DNA of 64,000 bases from Oculina patagonica (lineage: Eukaryota): contig NC_135761.1 in the NCBI RefSeq assembly GCF_052425735.1, positions 5,518,001-5,582,000 on the forward strand. The letters run 5' to 3'. Position numbers and translations under genes: made by a program. The notes below the pieces were generated by a model, which searched no databases, was not told the DNA's origin, and saw nothing but the letters and a program-made list of their open reading frames with translations. Numbering within the stretch: position 1 is the first letter of the stretch; each line of letters starts with the position of its first letter. Shown here piece by piece: positions 43,401 through 56,300 of the stretch.

Positions 43401-46400
43401 AAAGCAAAAACGTTTTAGAAGAAGACACTTCATGTCGCTTTACATAGAGTAATACTGCTGACCATGATGAGCCGAATAGAAATGATTCGGAGAACGTTTC
43501 GACGCGGTAATTTTCGCTTGCATTCCAAAGTTTTTTGGTTGATCTGTTCTAATTATCGTGCAGAATAGTGAATAAATGATAAACAGGTAAGGAAGATAAA
43601 CATGCAAAACAAGTTAATTCTCGTGCAGTACAGTAAAATAATAGAAAAATAAATGTGGTGTTCAAATTAATGGCGGCTCCACAATCAAAGACATCAAACA
43701 GCACAGTCTAAGCCAAACGGATAAGCAAGATGCACGACTGAAATAGTTGTTATGGAAAATTTTGTGGTGAAATTGCTTAGTAATTATACTGCAAAAACAA
43801 ATGATGCCTAGCCAGCCCTTTACACTGCACTGACTGGTCGCCCAATTGGCGACCTGTTTGGAAAATTTAGTCGCCAAATTTTCTTTTCACTCGCCATGGT
43901 GACCAAAATGGTCGCAGCTTGAAGCGCTGCACATAAACACCGACCGACCGAAAATCAAAATCAAACTGGTTTGAAAAAGTTTAAACAAAAGAAATTAAAA
44001 CACAACATATACATGAGATTTCCACTCTGTCATGTCGTTGGATCAGACATTTTTTCAGTTTGATAGTGGATCGTGTTTAACAACCTCTTACACATTAACT
44101 CTTTATTTATTTTTAACTTAAAATATCTTGTACTTGTAAATTGCATACCGGTAATTGAAGTGTCAAAGATGAGTAAGGAAAAGAGTTTGTTTCAATACCT
44201 CTGCAGCAATAGCTTTCATTTCATCCTCACTGTAAGCTACTCCTACAAGATGGCGATAAGCTAACTGGTCCATTGAATGGCAAGCAGCACAAACTTGTCT
44301 ATAAACTTCATAGCCTCGACGAATGCTGCAAAACAAAGATTAACCTACAAATGAGCTGTCTTTGAGACATTATAGTATGATGTGTATTAACCATTGCATG
44401 TGCTTCAAGTAGTAAAATTCCCATAAAATATACAGTCAATAAGTACCAGTCATTATCATCTTTTGTTTCCCACCCTGAAGAGTTACTTCACTTCATACCT
44501 TGCATGATCAAGTGAACTAAGAAAACCTCTATGATCCCAAGGGAAGTGAGGAGGGTGAAGTTCAAGTTCTGCGGCACCAACACTTGGCTGAAGAATGTAA
44601 CCAGTAGCAAGGCCTCCAGCAGCAAGGGCACCAAATGCAAACCACATCTGAAATAAAGGAAAAAAAAACATGTGTTATAGATAAATCAATCTACAATGGA
44701 ATCCTGATTTCTCAAACCTTCAAGGAAACCAAAATTGGTTTGAGAAATCAGTAGTTCGAGAAATCAGGATTTTGAAAAATCCGGAGAAAAATTGCAGTGT
44801 TCTACTATACGAGAAGCAAAACCAAGGGAAACTACATGTACTTTTAGTTTGAGTTATCAGAAGGTTTTGAGGAATGGATTCCGCTACATACTGCAGCATG
44901 CGCTCGTGTAAACAATGTACATGGACGTGCCCTGTGTAAATGGAATTTAGATTTGGAGGAATTACAGTAGGTCTTATTGGACCATCCCAAGGGAAAGATG
45001 CTTCAACATTGGGAGCTAGATCATTTTCAGTGGCAGCCCGAACTTTGGAATGTTCTACCTTGGAGCTTCGTCAGCGACATCACTTGACTGTTTCATCTCA
45101 ACTTAAAACTTTCTTTTTAAGAAGTATTTTTATAATCTATAACTTTATTTTTATTTTCATAAGATGTAAGCGCTATTGATCAGAACATGAAAATATGCGC
45201 TATATAAATTAGCAAATTATTATTATTATTATTATTCAAACACGGTACATATACAACAAAAAACTTACTTTTGCTTTGCTTTGGCCTCCTTCTAAAGTTG
45301 TTGTGGTGGTTAGTCTGGACTGCATCTAGTTTTAAAAGTAACAGTAAGCCTGCCAGCCCGCGCGCGCCCTGCGGCAAAGCGAGGTGAGGAGGCAAACTTT
45401 GAAGCGACAGAAGCGAAGAGACGACGGGACGATATGAGAACCAGGCTAAGAAATTCAATATGAGGAAGGTTGTTAACAATATTAAGTTATTACTTAAAAT
45501 GCCTTAGATTTCTAAAACTCCAAAAATAAAGTTGTTTAAAACAAATCAAACAAGTTTTAACTTCTACATTGAATTTTCAGACATCGATCAACAGGCAATA
45601 TAAGGTATTGGTATATAATGTCGTACAGTATATATTGTCGTACAGCCGAGAAAAAAGTCGTTTCTTGTTCGCACAAAGAGCTGAACAACAGTATTTTTGG
45701 TTCACAAAGTTTGAAAATGACACAAAGACTCAATCGAACTAATTGCCTTTATTTCTTTCAAAAAGGAAAGGAGAGGGAAAACTCTTCGCGTACCAGCAGC
45801 GGAAGATGGAGCGTAAAACATACATCAAGTTTCCGCGTACGCACTTGAAAATAATTCTAGAAAAAATTGAAAACAAACCTTCATTGTCATGAAAAGTTGT
45901 CCTTCGTAAAGTTCAACGCCATCTTGTGTCCCAGAAGTCAAATGGGCTTTGTACAGCTCGTTTCCGCTGACCTACAGCGTTTTCCGAAAGTCGCTTCGTT
46001 GGATATATTGTCGTACAGTCCATACAAAGTTCTGTAAATAAGCCGCTCTTTCGTTGGATCGCACGCGAATCCACACGCACCGCTTCAAAACAAGCTGGAC
46101 TCCCTCTTTTACTTCGAAACATACTTATTTAGCTCAAATGAGAAAGAGATAAACTCACTTTTGTTTGCTAGAATTGGTTAACTTGGAAATTTCTTACGAA
46201 GCGAATTAAGTGCTGTGATTCCCGAGTGTACGACATTATATTTTGCTGTACGACATTGCATCACAGAGGTGGGTCGTTTTCTTCACGTCCTTCGCAAAAT
46301 CCATCAAGTGTGAAATGAATTTATTTACTAAATTCTTGTAAAAAATGGTTGAGGTTTTTCTTGGGGTAAAAATTTTCTATTATTATCTTTCAAGCGCACG

Positions 46401-46845
46401 ATCTCAGACCCCGAAACACAAAGTGTACGAGATTATATACCTATACCTTAAGTACACACGATATTTACATACAGTATCATACATAGAGGACTTGCAGTTT
46501 TTAAAGAAAGTACCGACAGATCGAGCCGAAGTATAAGTATAATGTATCAGAGATAACACGCACAACTTTGCACAAATTTACGCACACTATAATTATCTAC
46601 AATTTGATTTTAGCGGTATGATCGCCGCGCCATCACATTACCAGTGATTACAGCCTTTCTTGATTCTCGAAACAAGTGTGGCTTTATTCTGCGCTGCAAC
46701 CCACGATTTATTTTCAGTTGGACTTTCTATCCAAGATCACTCTACACAAAAACAAAAACCTTACATACATAAAAACCTTTTTTACCTTAAAAACATCCTG
46801 TAACCGCTTTGAAATGCCTCGTAGCCGGCAAAGCCTGAACGCCAT
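40409..46845 (-). CDS. CYC1: Cytochrome c1, mitochondrial complex III heme protein, 11 coding exons
   Basis: Exons 46786-46845, 45269-45325, 44499-44647, 44199-44325, 43172-43228, 42537-42597, 41889-41941, 41628-41775, 41286-41348, 41108-41145, 40409-40519. Arg-rich presequence, [33 protein letters not shown] (CxxCH), [41 protein letters not shown]. Confidence 0.96.
43313..43929. mobile_element. hAT-like MITE in a CYC1 intron
   Basis: TIRs cagtgcttcaagct / agcttgaagcgctg, internal gtcgcc repeats; TSD not clean. Confidence 0.55.
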
Positions 46846-47035
46846 CTTGAAATGGACGTGGTTTTTACCCAGAGATCAGTTTGAGAAATATTGCATAACT
46901 TTACAACTGCGCATGACCTATATGTAACCTCGCCTCTTTTTCCGCCCGAGAATCCCCGAGAACAAAAACCTGGATACGAGGGTCAGTCAAGATGGCGGAT
47001 CTGAAGGACATTTGAACTTTTTCCGTCTTTTGCAG
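46846..47035. promoter_or_regulatory. Bidirectional promoter CYC1/GPAA1 and putative non-coding first exon of GPAA1
   Basis: Divergent CAAGATGGCG motifs at the CYC1 ATG (46845) and at 46988-46997; donor cag|gttag at 47035/47036 and acceptor at 47290. Confidence 0.55.
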
Positions 47036-47342
47036 GTTAGTTTGATCTTGGTGGAGAAAGGGAAAGTTTCTCTCAGGAAAATTTACCAATGCACATATTT
47101 CTATGCAAATCATGATATTTTTAAGTCCATTGAGTGTCAGTAGAAGCAAAATAATGCTTATTTTATTTGAAATTTTGTATACAGCTATGTGTATATTAAA
47201 TCTCTTTCTTCTTTTTTAATGAATAACACTTCTCATTAGCTTACACATAATTGAGCTATAAACGCATACAATTCCTCATTTTGATTTCAGGTTCAGGTTG
47301 AAAGTCACTCTATTTGGGAAGGTCTGTTACAGTGTGAAAAAA

Positions 47343-50300
47343 ATGGGTCTGTTGTCAGATGTTCATGGCCGCAAGAAAGTTGTGGATGTTTTGGTGACCC
47401 ACTGCTCAAAATTGTGGTAAGTGTGCTAAATTTGAAACTGAAATTCTCCCAAGCAGTAATTCCCATTACCATTTGAATTCACTGTAAAAATGCCAAAAAT
47501 ATCATAAAATACACAAGTGATATCATGTGTTGTTCTAGATCAAATATCCATACCCATCCCAGAGTCTAAGGTTTTTTGGTATGACCCCCCTCCCCCTCCT
47601 TCACCTACCTCTCTGGAAATTGCAGGATAGCTTCAAACTTTCCTATAAAATTAAAAAAAAAAGACTTTTGACCATCCAGCCCCTATCCCTTGGAATTTCC
47701 AAACCAAACACTTCCTGGAGGTGGGAATGGATATTTCTTGGAGCTACGCACAATATATCACTTTGCATTCACGCACATTCAAATCCCCTGTGGTTTATAA
47801 GTTGTGTGCACTTGACTGACTTAATGAAAATTGCTGTTTTTAATCCCCTTTTGTAAGGCCAGAGCAAAAGACAAAATGAGAGAAAACTTAACTAACATTT
47901 TGATGGTAGTTCAATGGCTGTCCAGTTCAACACTTCAGTGGGTTAAGTTCAGTTTTAATAGACCATATCTTTTTAGTTTAGCTGGATGCTTGTGCAATAC
48001 CCTAATATATTGAAAGACCAAGAAGCTCAAAAATCATACCCTATCCCCAAAACACATACCCCATTTTATAGGTCACATATGGAAGAACTCCCCCTCCATG
48101 TAAAATGTTACTGATAGATTTTATTGATCTTTCTGTTTCTTTGCTTTAACAGTATACTTAGTTATCTCATTGGCATTGTCTGGCTTTGTGCTTTGTCTGA
48201 TCGAGCATTCAATGGCCGAGTTTATTTTTCTGAAAATGCACTGCTACCTGGCCTGGTTGAAGCAGAATTCAAGAATCACAGACTTGCTTCTGAATTGTTT
48301 GGAAAGTTATCAACAGTCCCTGAAGGAGATATGAGGTATTTTTTTGTTTTGTAATCAGTTACTAACACATAAATATGTATACATTGCAGCAGTTAATTTT
48401 TTATCTAGTCAGTTTTTTTTTACTTTAACTAGTAAGGTTTTTTTTCTAACTACCGGTAGTTGTTTTTTTAATAGTAGGTATTTGTACATAACAGGGTTAG
48501 GGTTAGGGCTTGGTTTGGAGTCATATATTTTTTAAAAAGAGTGGTTCACCCAACATTTCCTATGTGGCAAAGTACATAAGGGGTTGGACAGCAAATCCAG
48601 AGGTTGAGTGTTCAAATCCAGTTAACGTTAGTAAAACGAAAAATAAAAAAAAATAGATGATGTACTTAGGGGAGGGGGATAATAGCAGATAGTAGGGGAG
48701 GGTAAGTAAGGATGGAAGGGGGAGGGGGTTATGAGACATCAAGGGAGGAAGGTGTTTAACTTTTTCTTCTTATTACCCTGGTATAAAAAAACTACATGTA
48801 GTAGGAAAAAACTAACTAGTTAAAATAAAAATTTTAACTGAGATCAAAAATTAACTGCAACACATACATGGGTATGTGAAAAAAATCAAGAATTAAAAAA
48901 TAATAACAATTTTTCCCCAGCAATGCTGCATCTCAGATGATTGTGAATGCAATGGAGAATATTGGCCTTCATACTTATCAACAGAACTTCACAGTTCACT
49001 TGCCATTTCCTGGTGATTCAGAGCAGACTGAAGTGAATGGTTTGAATGTTTATGGAATTCTTAGAGCTCCCAGGATAGCAGGCACTGAGGCAGTCGTCAT
49101 CAGTGTTCCTTATAATCAAGGCAATAACAAAGGAGCTCTGGCGCTGATGCTATCATTTGCTGACCATTGTCGAAGTAAGTTCAAATTGTGTTCAAATCAA
49201 CCTGTGCTCAAATTGCGCAGGTCCAAATAGGGCAGGGGGTGGATCAGGGGTCTAGGAAGCTGTCTTTTGCTTGGAGCCTGTTTGGTATTTTCAGTATTGA
49301 CAAATCAGTGTTAAGCTCTAGATACGTGAGTGCTGATATATTATATTTCTATCTTCAGGTAATAATTAGCAAGCACCATAGGCCTGCAATCTATGCAAAG
49401 CATTACAGCTACATTGTACATAGCACTCTCTCCCCAAGCCAGTCTCCCTCGCAGCCATTTTTAGTGTCGTCATGCAACGTTCCTCACAGGGGAGGAGCCT
49501 TGCATGACGACACTAAAAATGGCTACGAGGGAAACTTTCCCCAAGCATTCCTATAATGAAAGCAAGTAATAGATTCTTAGGGCTCTAAAGCCACGCTTTT
49601 TTAAGATCCTAGTGGATGACAGGAATTTTTTTTCCTTTACATAAGAAATTTCCTTAGATTACCAGTTTATTGACAAGTGAGCAAAATGGCTCACAGTGTC
49701 TGATTGGATTCCATAAACATGAATTGACTAGGAGCACTACCACTGTCTCAAGATGAGATGTCAATAGGCCATTTCCCAGTTTCCCCTTGCTTCTGTTTCA
49801 AAATTAGTCTATGTGCAAAACCATTCAAATGAAAATGAGTTTCACCTACAGGTCTATTTTGATTCATGCAAATCAAACTTATTTTCATTAAAATGGTTTC
49901 TGACGTAGACTTGTCTTGAAACAGAGGCAAAGGGTAACTCAGAAATGGCCTATTTATCCTAGTTTACCTAATCAAATTTGTTTTGCAGGGAAGAGCTACT
50001 GGTCAAAGGATATCATATTTCTTGTGACAGATAAAGATCAGCTCGGAATGCAGGCCTGGCTTGACGCATATCATGGTGTCCCAAATTCTTGTTAGTATCA
50101 GCCAAGTATTTGTTGCACCTTCAATTTTGCTTTCTTGCACACTATAAATAAAGGCTTTAAATATTGGTAAATTAAATCATTTTTGTCTTCAACAGACATT
50201 TCTTCTGCTCCACTTGAGGGACATTCTGGTTCTATTCAGGCTGCACTGAACTTAGAGTTTGCACATGAGAAAGTCAACTTCTTTCAGATTGCCATTGAAG

Positions 50301-53300
50301 GAATAAATGGGCAACTACCTAATCTTGATTTGGTGAATACTGTGTTCAGGCTGTGCCGCAAGGAGCGTATTCCAGCAAGCCTGCATACAGAGGTAAATAA
50401 GCTTTGAATTGATCAAAATGAGGTAAAGGATTCATGCGTTCAATTTATTGAGTAATGTTGTGGCCTAATGGGTCCTATAATCTATGTAAGTTTGACTGCT
50501 TATTAGGAGTTCACTGATAAATGGATATGCATACGATTTTATGACATTGGTAACTGTGTTATTCATGGCTTTACTGTTTCCGAAGTCACACTTTTTGGCA
50601 GTACCCATTTTTCCTTTTTTGTATTTAAAAAATTATTATTACATTTTATAACGAATTTAGATTGTCATGGAAAGGATCAGTTACTTTAAAAAGAAAAATA
50701 AACACACATAATTCTCAATAAATTCTCAATATCAGAAAATAATAATGTTGTAAAAATATTTATTATCAGCTTTTGAAAAACATGACTGAAACAACAAAGT
50801 ACACCGTAAAGTAATTCACATTGTTCATTTTCATTTCATGATTACGTTTATGATGTAAACATTTAAATAGACATTCGTGCTATAAATCATGGAGCACCTG
50901 GAAACTAGCGAACAGCTAAGCGTGTACTTGTCCACGTTAAATAAAGTATGTCTATGTCTATGTCTAATTATTATTATTATGTTAGGGTTACCATGAACAC
51001 TTAGGAGCCTGGGCAGACTCTGTGCAATCCCTTGTTACCATGGTGATGATGATGTTTTATCAAGCCTCTGGTAGGGCTTCTGGCAACCATGGCTTATTTC
51101 ACAGATATCGCATTGAAGCTCTTACAATGAAGGAAGGTGGAGAGAACTGGGAGTATGGACGTGGATTTCTGGAAACTGGAAAGTAGGTGTTGTTACTTTG
51201 ATGTTTATTTTATTTTATTATTTTATTTTTTTGATTTTTTTTTCACTCCTTCACTCACTTTTATTGCAACAAAAAGACCACTACTTACAAAACAAATACA
51301 TACACTACTTGCAATGCTACTTACAATACATTACTTTTTACATTATTTCTTGACTACTTTTATGTACATTTTTTTATTACTTTGATGTTTATACAACTTC
51401 ACCTGCTGAAAGAATTAGATTTTAATTTACATGTATATAGTCTGTTCCAGGCATTTGGTCAGTTGAGTATTCATGAGAACACAATGGCAGGTGGAAAAGT
51501 TGGCAAGGGTTTGGGGTCTCTATGAATAAGTCTCGTTTCACTTAAGTTCATTGTGCTGCTCTCCAGCAAACAAAAGGTTCCTGGAGCAAGCTAACATGGA
51601 CATATAGTTTAGCTGATAGGAGTAATTTCTCTGGATGGCCAATGACAGTAATGAAACGGCTTTCAGATTCTTCATTAACTTGCCAAGTTTCTTGGTACAG
51701 CCATTAGTGCATGATTCGGCCACATATTAAATTATGTCACATCCAGTTTCAATCATCATTCAATTAAGAGGTTTATTATGTGGTTGCTTGGATAGCCACT
51801 TAGCTACCTTAAATGTCTGTCATTCTGCAGAACTACAGAAAAAAAGTTTAAAATTTATATTTCTTTTCACATTTTTGTTTCCTTTGGCAGAGTAATTGAA
51901 GGTATTTTCCGGAGCTTGAATAACCTTCTGGAGCAGTTTCACCAGTCATTTTTCTTCTACCTTCTCCCTGAGTCACACAGATACGTATCTATCGGTCTGT
52001 ACATGCCCCCGTTTGGCTGCCTTCTGTTAGGCCCTGTCATCATGGCCATAGTTTACTGGACATTAGCAGGGTCTGCGCCAGAAAACGGATCAAAGGGTGA
52101 CACCTCACAAGAAGGAAGAGCCTCAGAGGAAGAACCAGGAGAAAAGAAGACAGAGAAGGAGAGCAGTGAAGAAAGAAAACGTCCTGCTGAAAAGGAAACG
52201 GCTGATTTAGAAGACAAGGTTTGTTCTTTTTTTAAAAAATTTGTTATACATGGTTGTGTTGTTGAATCTACAGTCGGAGTGGCCAGTACATGTACAACTT
52301 CAAGAATTGGCAGAGACCATGATTTTCATCACGGATCATGTGTGGCTGAAAGGCAACACAACCTACACTGTATCTTTATTATAACGTGTTTCGAACAATG
52401 TGCCGTTCGAAGTGATGAGACATAAGTTGTAACACCCCAGTTTGGGGAACGGGTTTTATTTTTCAAATTTTTTTTTTTTAATCCAATTTAAAAATTATTT
52501 AATAAAAATATAAAAAAAAAAAAAAAAATTAATTAACTTTCATATAATATATTTTAAATATATAATTTTTTTTAATAAATTAAAAATTTTTTAATTTTTT
52601 TTCCCCCCTTATTTTTTTTTTTTTTCCTATTCTTTTTCCCCCCCCCCAGCGTTTTTTTTTCGGGGCGCGCCCCCCCCCCCCCCTTTTCTAAAATAAAAAA
52701 AAATCCAAAAAAATAACGTTCTAACGTGACATTTTTCAGAGTGCTAGTCCTATTTGTGATTGGAAATAAAGATCATAAACCCTTTTGTGTTCCCTGCCAA
52801 CATTTTTCAAGCAGTCAATTAAACACACGCAGGGACACCAAGTTGTTCTAACATCAGTTAAATCCAGGAGTAAGGTCAATTTCCTTGATCCTTTGTTGGT
52901 GCTTTCGCAAAGCCTGAAGGAAATATTGCAAACTTGCTAAAAGAAAATTATATACATATAGAGGTTTGCACTCGATAGTGCCTCACATCTTCTTGAAAAA
53001 ACAGATGACAGAAGAACATGTTGAGATGCTGAGTACCGCATGTGTTTTTCATGCAAGATTCGATGATCGTCGTTGCAAGTTAAATCGTTTTATATTTTGC
53101 AGGTAGCATTTTTACGGTATCCTCCCAACATTGGAAGCGTTGTGCCCATTGCCATGGCAACGCACGTGGCTAGCGTGTTAGTATTCTGCTCTCCAGATCT
53201 TGGCTATAAACTTGGTCAAGTCGCAGGAACAGATCCTTTGCTGTCTGTGTATGTCGGAATGGCTTCCTCCTTCCTTATGTTACTGCTTTTTCCTTTTGTT

Positions 53301-56300
53301 ACAAGGTAAGATATGACAACAGTCAGAGACGTTTTTGGTAGTCTGGAGGGGGGGGGGGGGGGGGGGGTTCGAGCAGGCTTACGTTTGGAAATACACGTGC
53401 GAGTGGCAAAGCCGCGAGTACGAGCTGGCGAAGATTAGACTGTCCACAGCCCTCTATTTTTTCGTGTTTTTTTTTTCGATCGATGAGCGCGCGGTGAGAA
53501 CGGCAAGAGAGCTGGACGCCAGCGCAAAACGGAAGAAGAAAGGGGCTTTCCGCCCCCCTCCCACCGCGCGCTCGCTTCGTTTTTTTTTTTTTTTTGCGTT
53601 AAAAAAATCGAGAGGCTGTGGACAGTCTAGCGAAGATTTGCCTCTCGTACATTTAGTAACCTAGCTAAGCAAGCGTCTCTGCCGTGTGCTCAATTTAATT
53701 CTTACTCCGTGCTCAAGAGACATCTCGGTGACATTTGACCGGATTAAAATCTTGGTTATCTTTGCAGTAAAAATACAACAGAAAGATCCAAAATTATTGA
53801 AGGCATGCGCTTTCCAAAAAAAGAATAAAAGACGAAATAAAATAAAAACTGTACAACACACACTAACGACACCACAAAACATTTACATTTTATGTTTCAT
53901 TTTATGTTTCATTTTGTCCCCCTGAAGAAGGCAGCATTGCCGAAACGTCGGGAATAGTTTTTTTTTTTTACTACAGCGTAGTATTTACATTTTTTTTTTC
54001 ATTTATACCACAAAACATATGTTTTTCAGTATTATTTTATTTTAGCTAAAAGCAGCGACAATTGTTACACCTGCCTAGTCTGCTTTGTATTTATTTATTT
54101 TTTTATTTATGATTTTCTATTTTGAACAGTGTATTATTTGATGGGTGGATTTAGGAGGGTGCGTCAGTCACCCAATCTACCTCGCATGCCCACCCCTCCC
54201 TCAATTCGCCTCTAAGTACATCGTCAAACAGACAGGTAGCGAGAATAAAACAAAATCGACTTTAAGCTATGGTTTTGATGTACTACCAAATTCCCCGAAC
54301 TAATATTAAAAGAAATGTATGGGAAAAATTAAGGAGAATTGAGATTTCGAGCTTGGTGACCGGATAAAGAGCTACGTCATAAGCTTAGCAGCTACAGGTT
54401 AGTTTAATAAGTCTAGCGTTTAAAAATCGCCATCAGTAGCTATTTTTAATTAGAATCTGAAAACTTGTCTTTTTGAAGAAGCCTATGACATTTAACTTTT
54501 ATTTCTAGTACACATATTTATTTATTTATTTATTTATTTATTTTATTTATCAGATTTTCAATTGCCAGAGAAAATGTTTCTTGAATCAACAGCGACAGGT
54601 CCATTTGTGGTCATTTCTTTACAGTGTTCGCCCATTTTCCATCTTCACTTTGCGCGCCGTGATATGTCGATGTTGCAAATGAGTAACTAGCAACCTGCGC
54701 TCTGGATACCACCAGTGTATTTTGTCCTGGTTTGAGCAGGATTATGTAGATTCTGGGCGCAAAAATACAGAGTAGAAATCCTAAGGCACTTGTAATGTTA
54801 GTGGCGCACTCAAGCACAGTTATGTGCCATCCGTCGATCGTAAAAGCTACCGGGTAGTACGATAGTGCGGATAAAAGTAAGATGTACATGGAGAACCCAA
54901 TACGTCTGGCCTCGTTGAAGTTTTCGGGGAAATTCCTGACCCTGAAAGCGTAGTACGCACACAAAAGCGACAGTAAAAATCCGTATGAAATGTTAGCTAG
55001 CAAAATGTATTTCCCAGTAAGTGTACTGTGTGCCTTGCAAATGATTGAAACGTGCTGTAAATATGTGATAGTGGTCTCCTTGTAAGGCGGGCCTAGGGAA
55101 AGCCACGCTGTTGTGAAGCTGATCTGTACAGCTGAAAGAGACACCAGAAGAGCTCTCTGAGTGCTGGCTTTAGCGAGGAAAGGCTTTACATTCCGCGCAA
55201 CGATGTTGCCTTCAAATGCGCTCACAATTCGCATTGTCTTCACAAGAAGAACAGCGACGCACAGAATCCAAATGGTCATCCGGCCACAGTGGGTTAAACG
55301 GCAGGTGGCATTGGTGGACTCGGGCAGGTTCAGCAGCGATAGGACAAACAATGATGTTATTCCGGTTAAAAGTATCAAACTCATCTCCCTGTTTGAGGCT
55401 TTGGCTACAGGCGTGTTAAAATACCGTACAAAAATACCCCACGTGAATAGTGACAAAATTAGACCTAAGCTAGCAAAAACCGTGATAATTACGCCACTTA
55501 CGCTGTTTATTTGCATGCCTACTATCGGGAGTGTCGTGCAGCGCGTTCGCTCCTCGTTCGATCGCTGTCTGTGCGTGCATTCTGTGCAGTTCTTGGACCC
55601 GTGACGCGTGCTTATGCTTCCTTGTGAGCATTTGATACATTCCCAGCAACATGGCGTTGTCGGCGACTTCCTTGTTCCTGGAGTACACTCTTCAGCACAA
55701 ACAGATCTCGGCACACTGCCATTTATGTTGGCATTCCATAAAACATTTGATTCTAGTGCCAGTGGTGGGTTAGCGTTTCTCATCCAAGACCCAACCAAGA
55801 CCTTTTCGTATCTCTTCCCTGGAAGCTTGCCCCTTTGAAAATTAACTATATCGTACGATGCCGCTTGTGCATCGCCTGACTCGTCGAACTGCACTCTGCC
55901 AGTGAGTCCGTCAAAACTGACACTCCGAAGGTAGAGTGGAAGCTTCATAGTATCAATGCTGGGTGAAACACGGGGACATTTCCCCTCCTGGGAGGAGACC
56001 GTTTGGCTCGACGCATTTGTACATTTCGTCAATGGCGTAGGCAACTGCGTATACGGCATCTAAGAGATACGGAACGAACGAACTTCGAAGTCTTTTTACT
56101 GATTTGTACAAGGAAATGTTCTGTCTGCATTCTGAGCGTTTATGGTGGTGACAATCGTGTGCCCAAAATTCATCCCACCATAATGAATAACTCTTCAATG
56201 TCCTCGTTCGTGTCATCTGTCTTAAGTGATCGTCGAAGGCCTGATCGCGATAGTCTCGAGGTTGAATTCCAAGCGATCCCTCGAGTCCCGTGAAGCGCGG

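Noticed and set aside
45340-45450. Arg/Ala/Ser-rich frame resembling a mitochondrial presequence exon for CYC1
   Set aside because: Bounded by agcctg...caggct MITE-like ends and not phase-compatible; exons 46786-46845 and 45269-45325 give a clean model.
48494-48510. Telomeric TTAGGG repeats
   Set aside because: Only about 2.5 units inside an inverted-repeat MITE (~48375-48870); not an interstitial telomere.
52430-52730. Homopolymer-rich block in a GPAA1 intron
   Set aside because: Alternating A/T/C/G runs typical of low-quality consensus; no structure supported.
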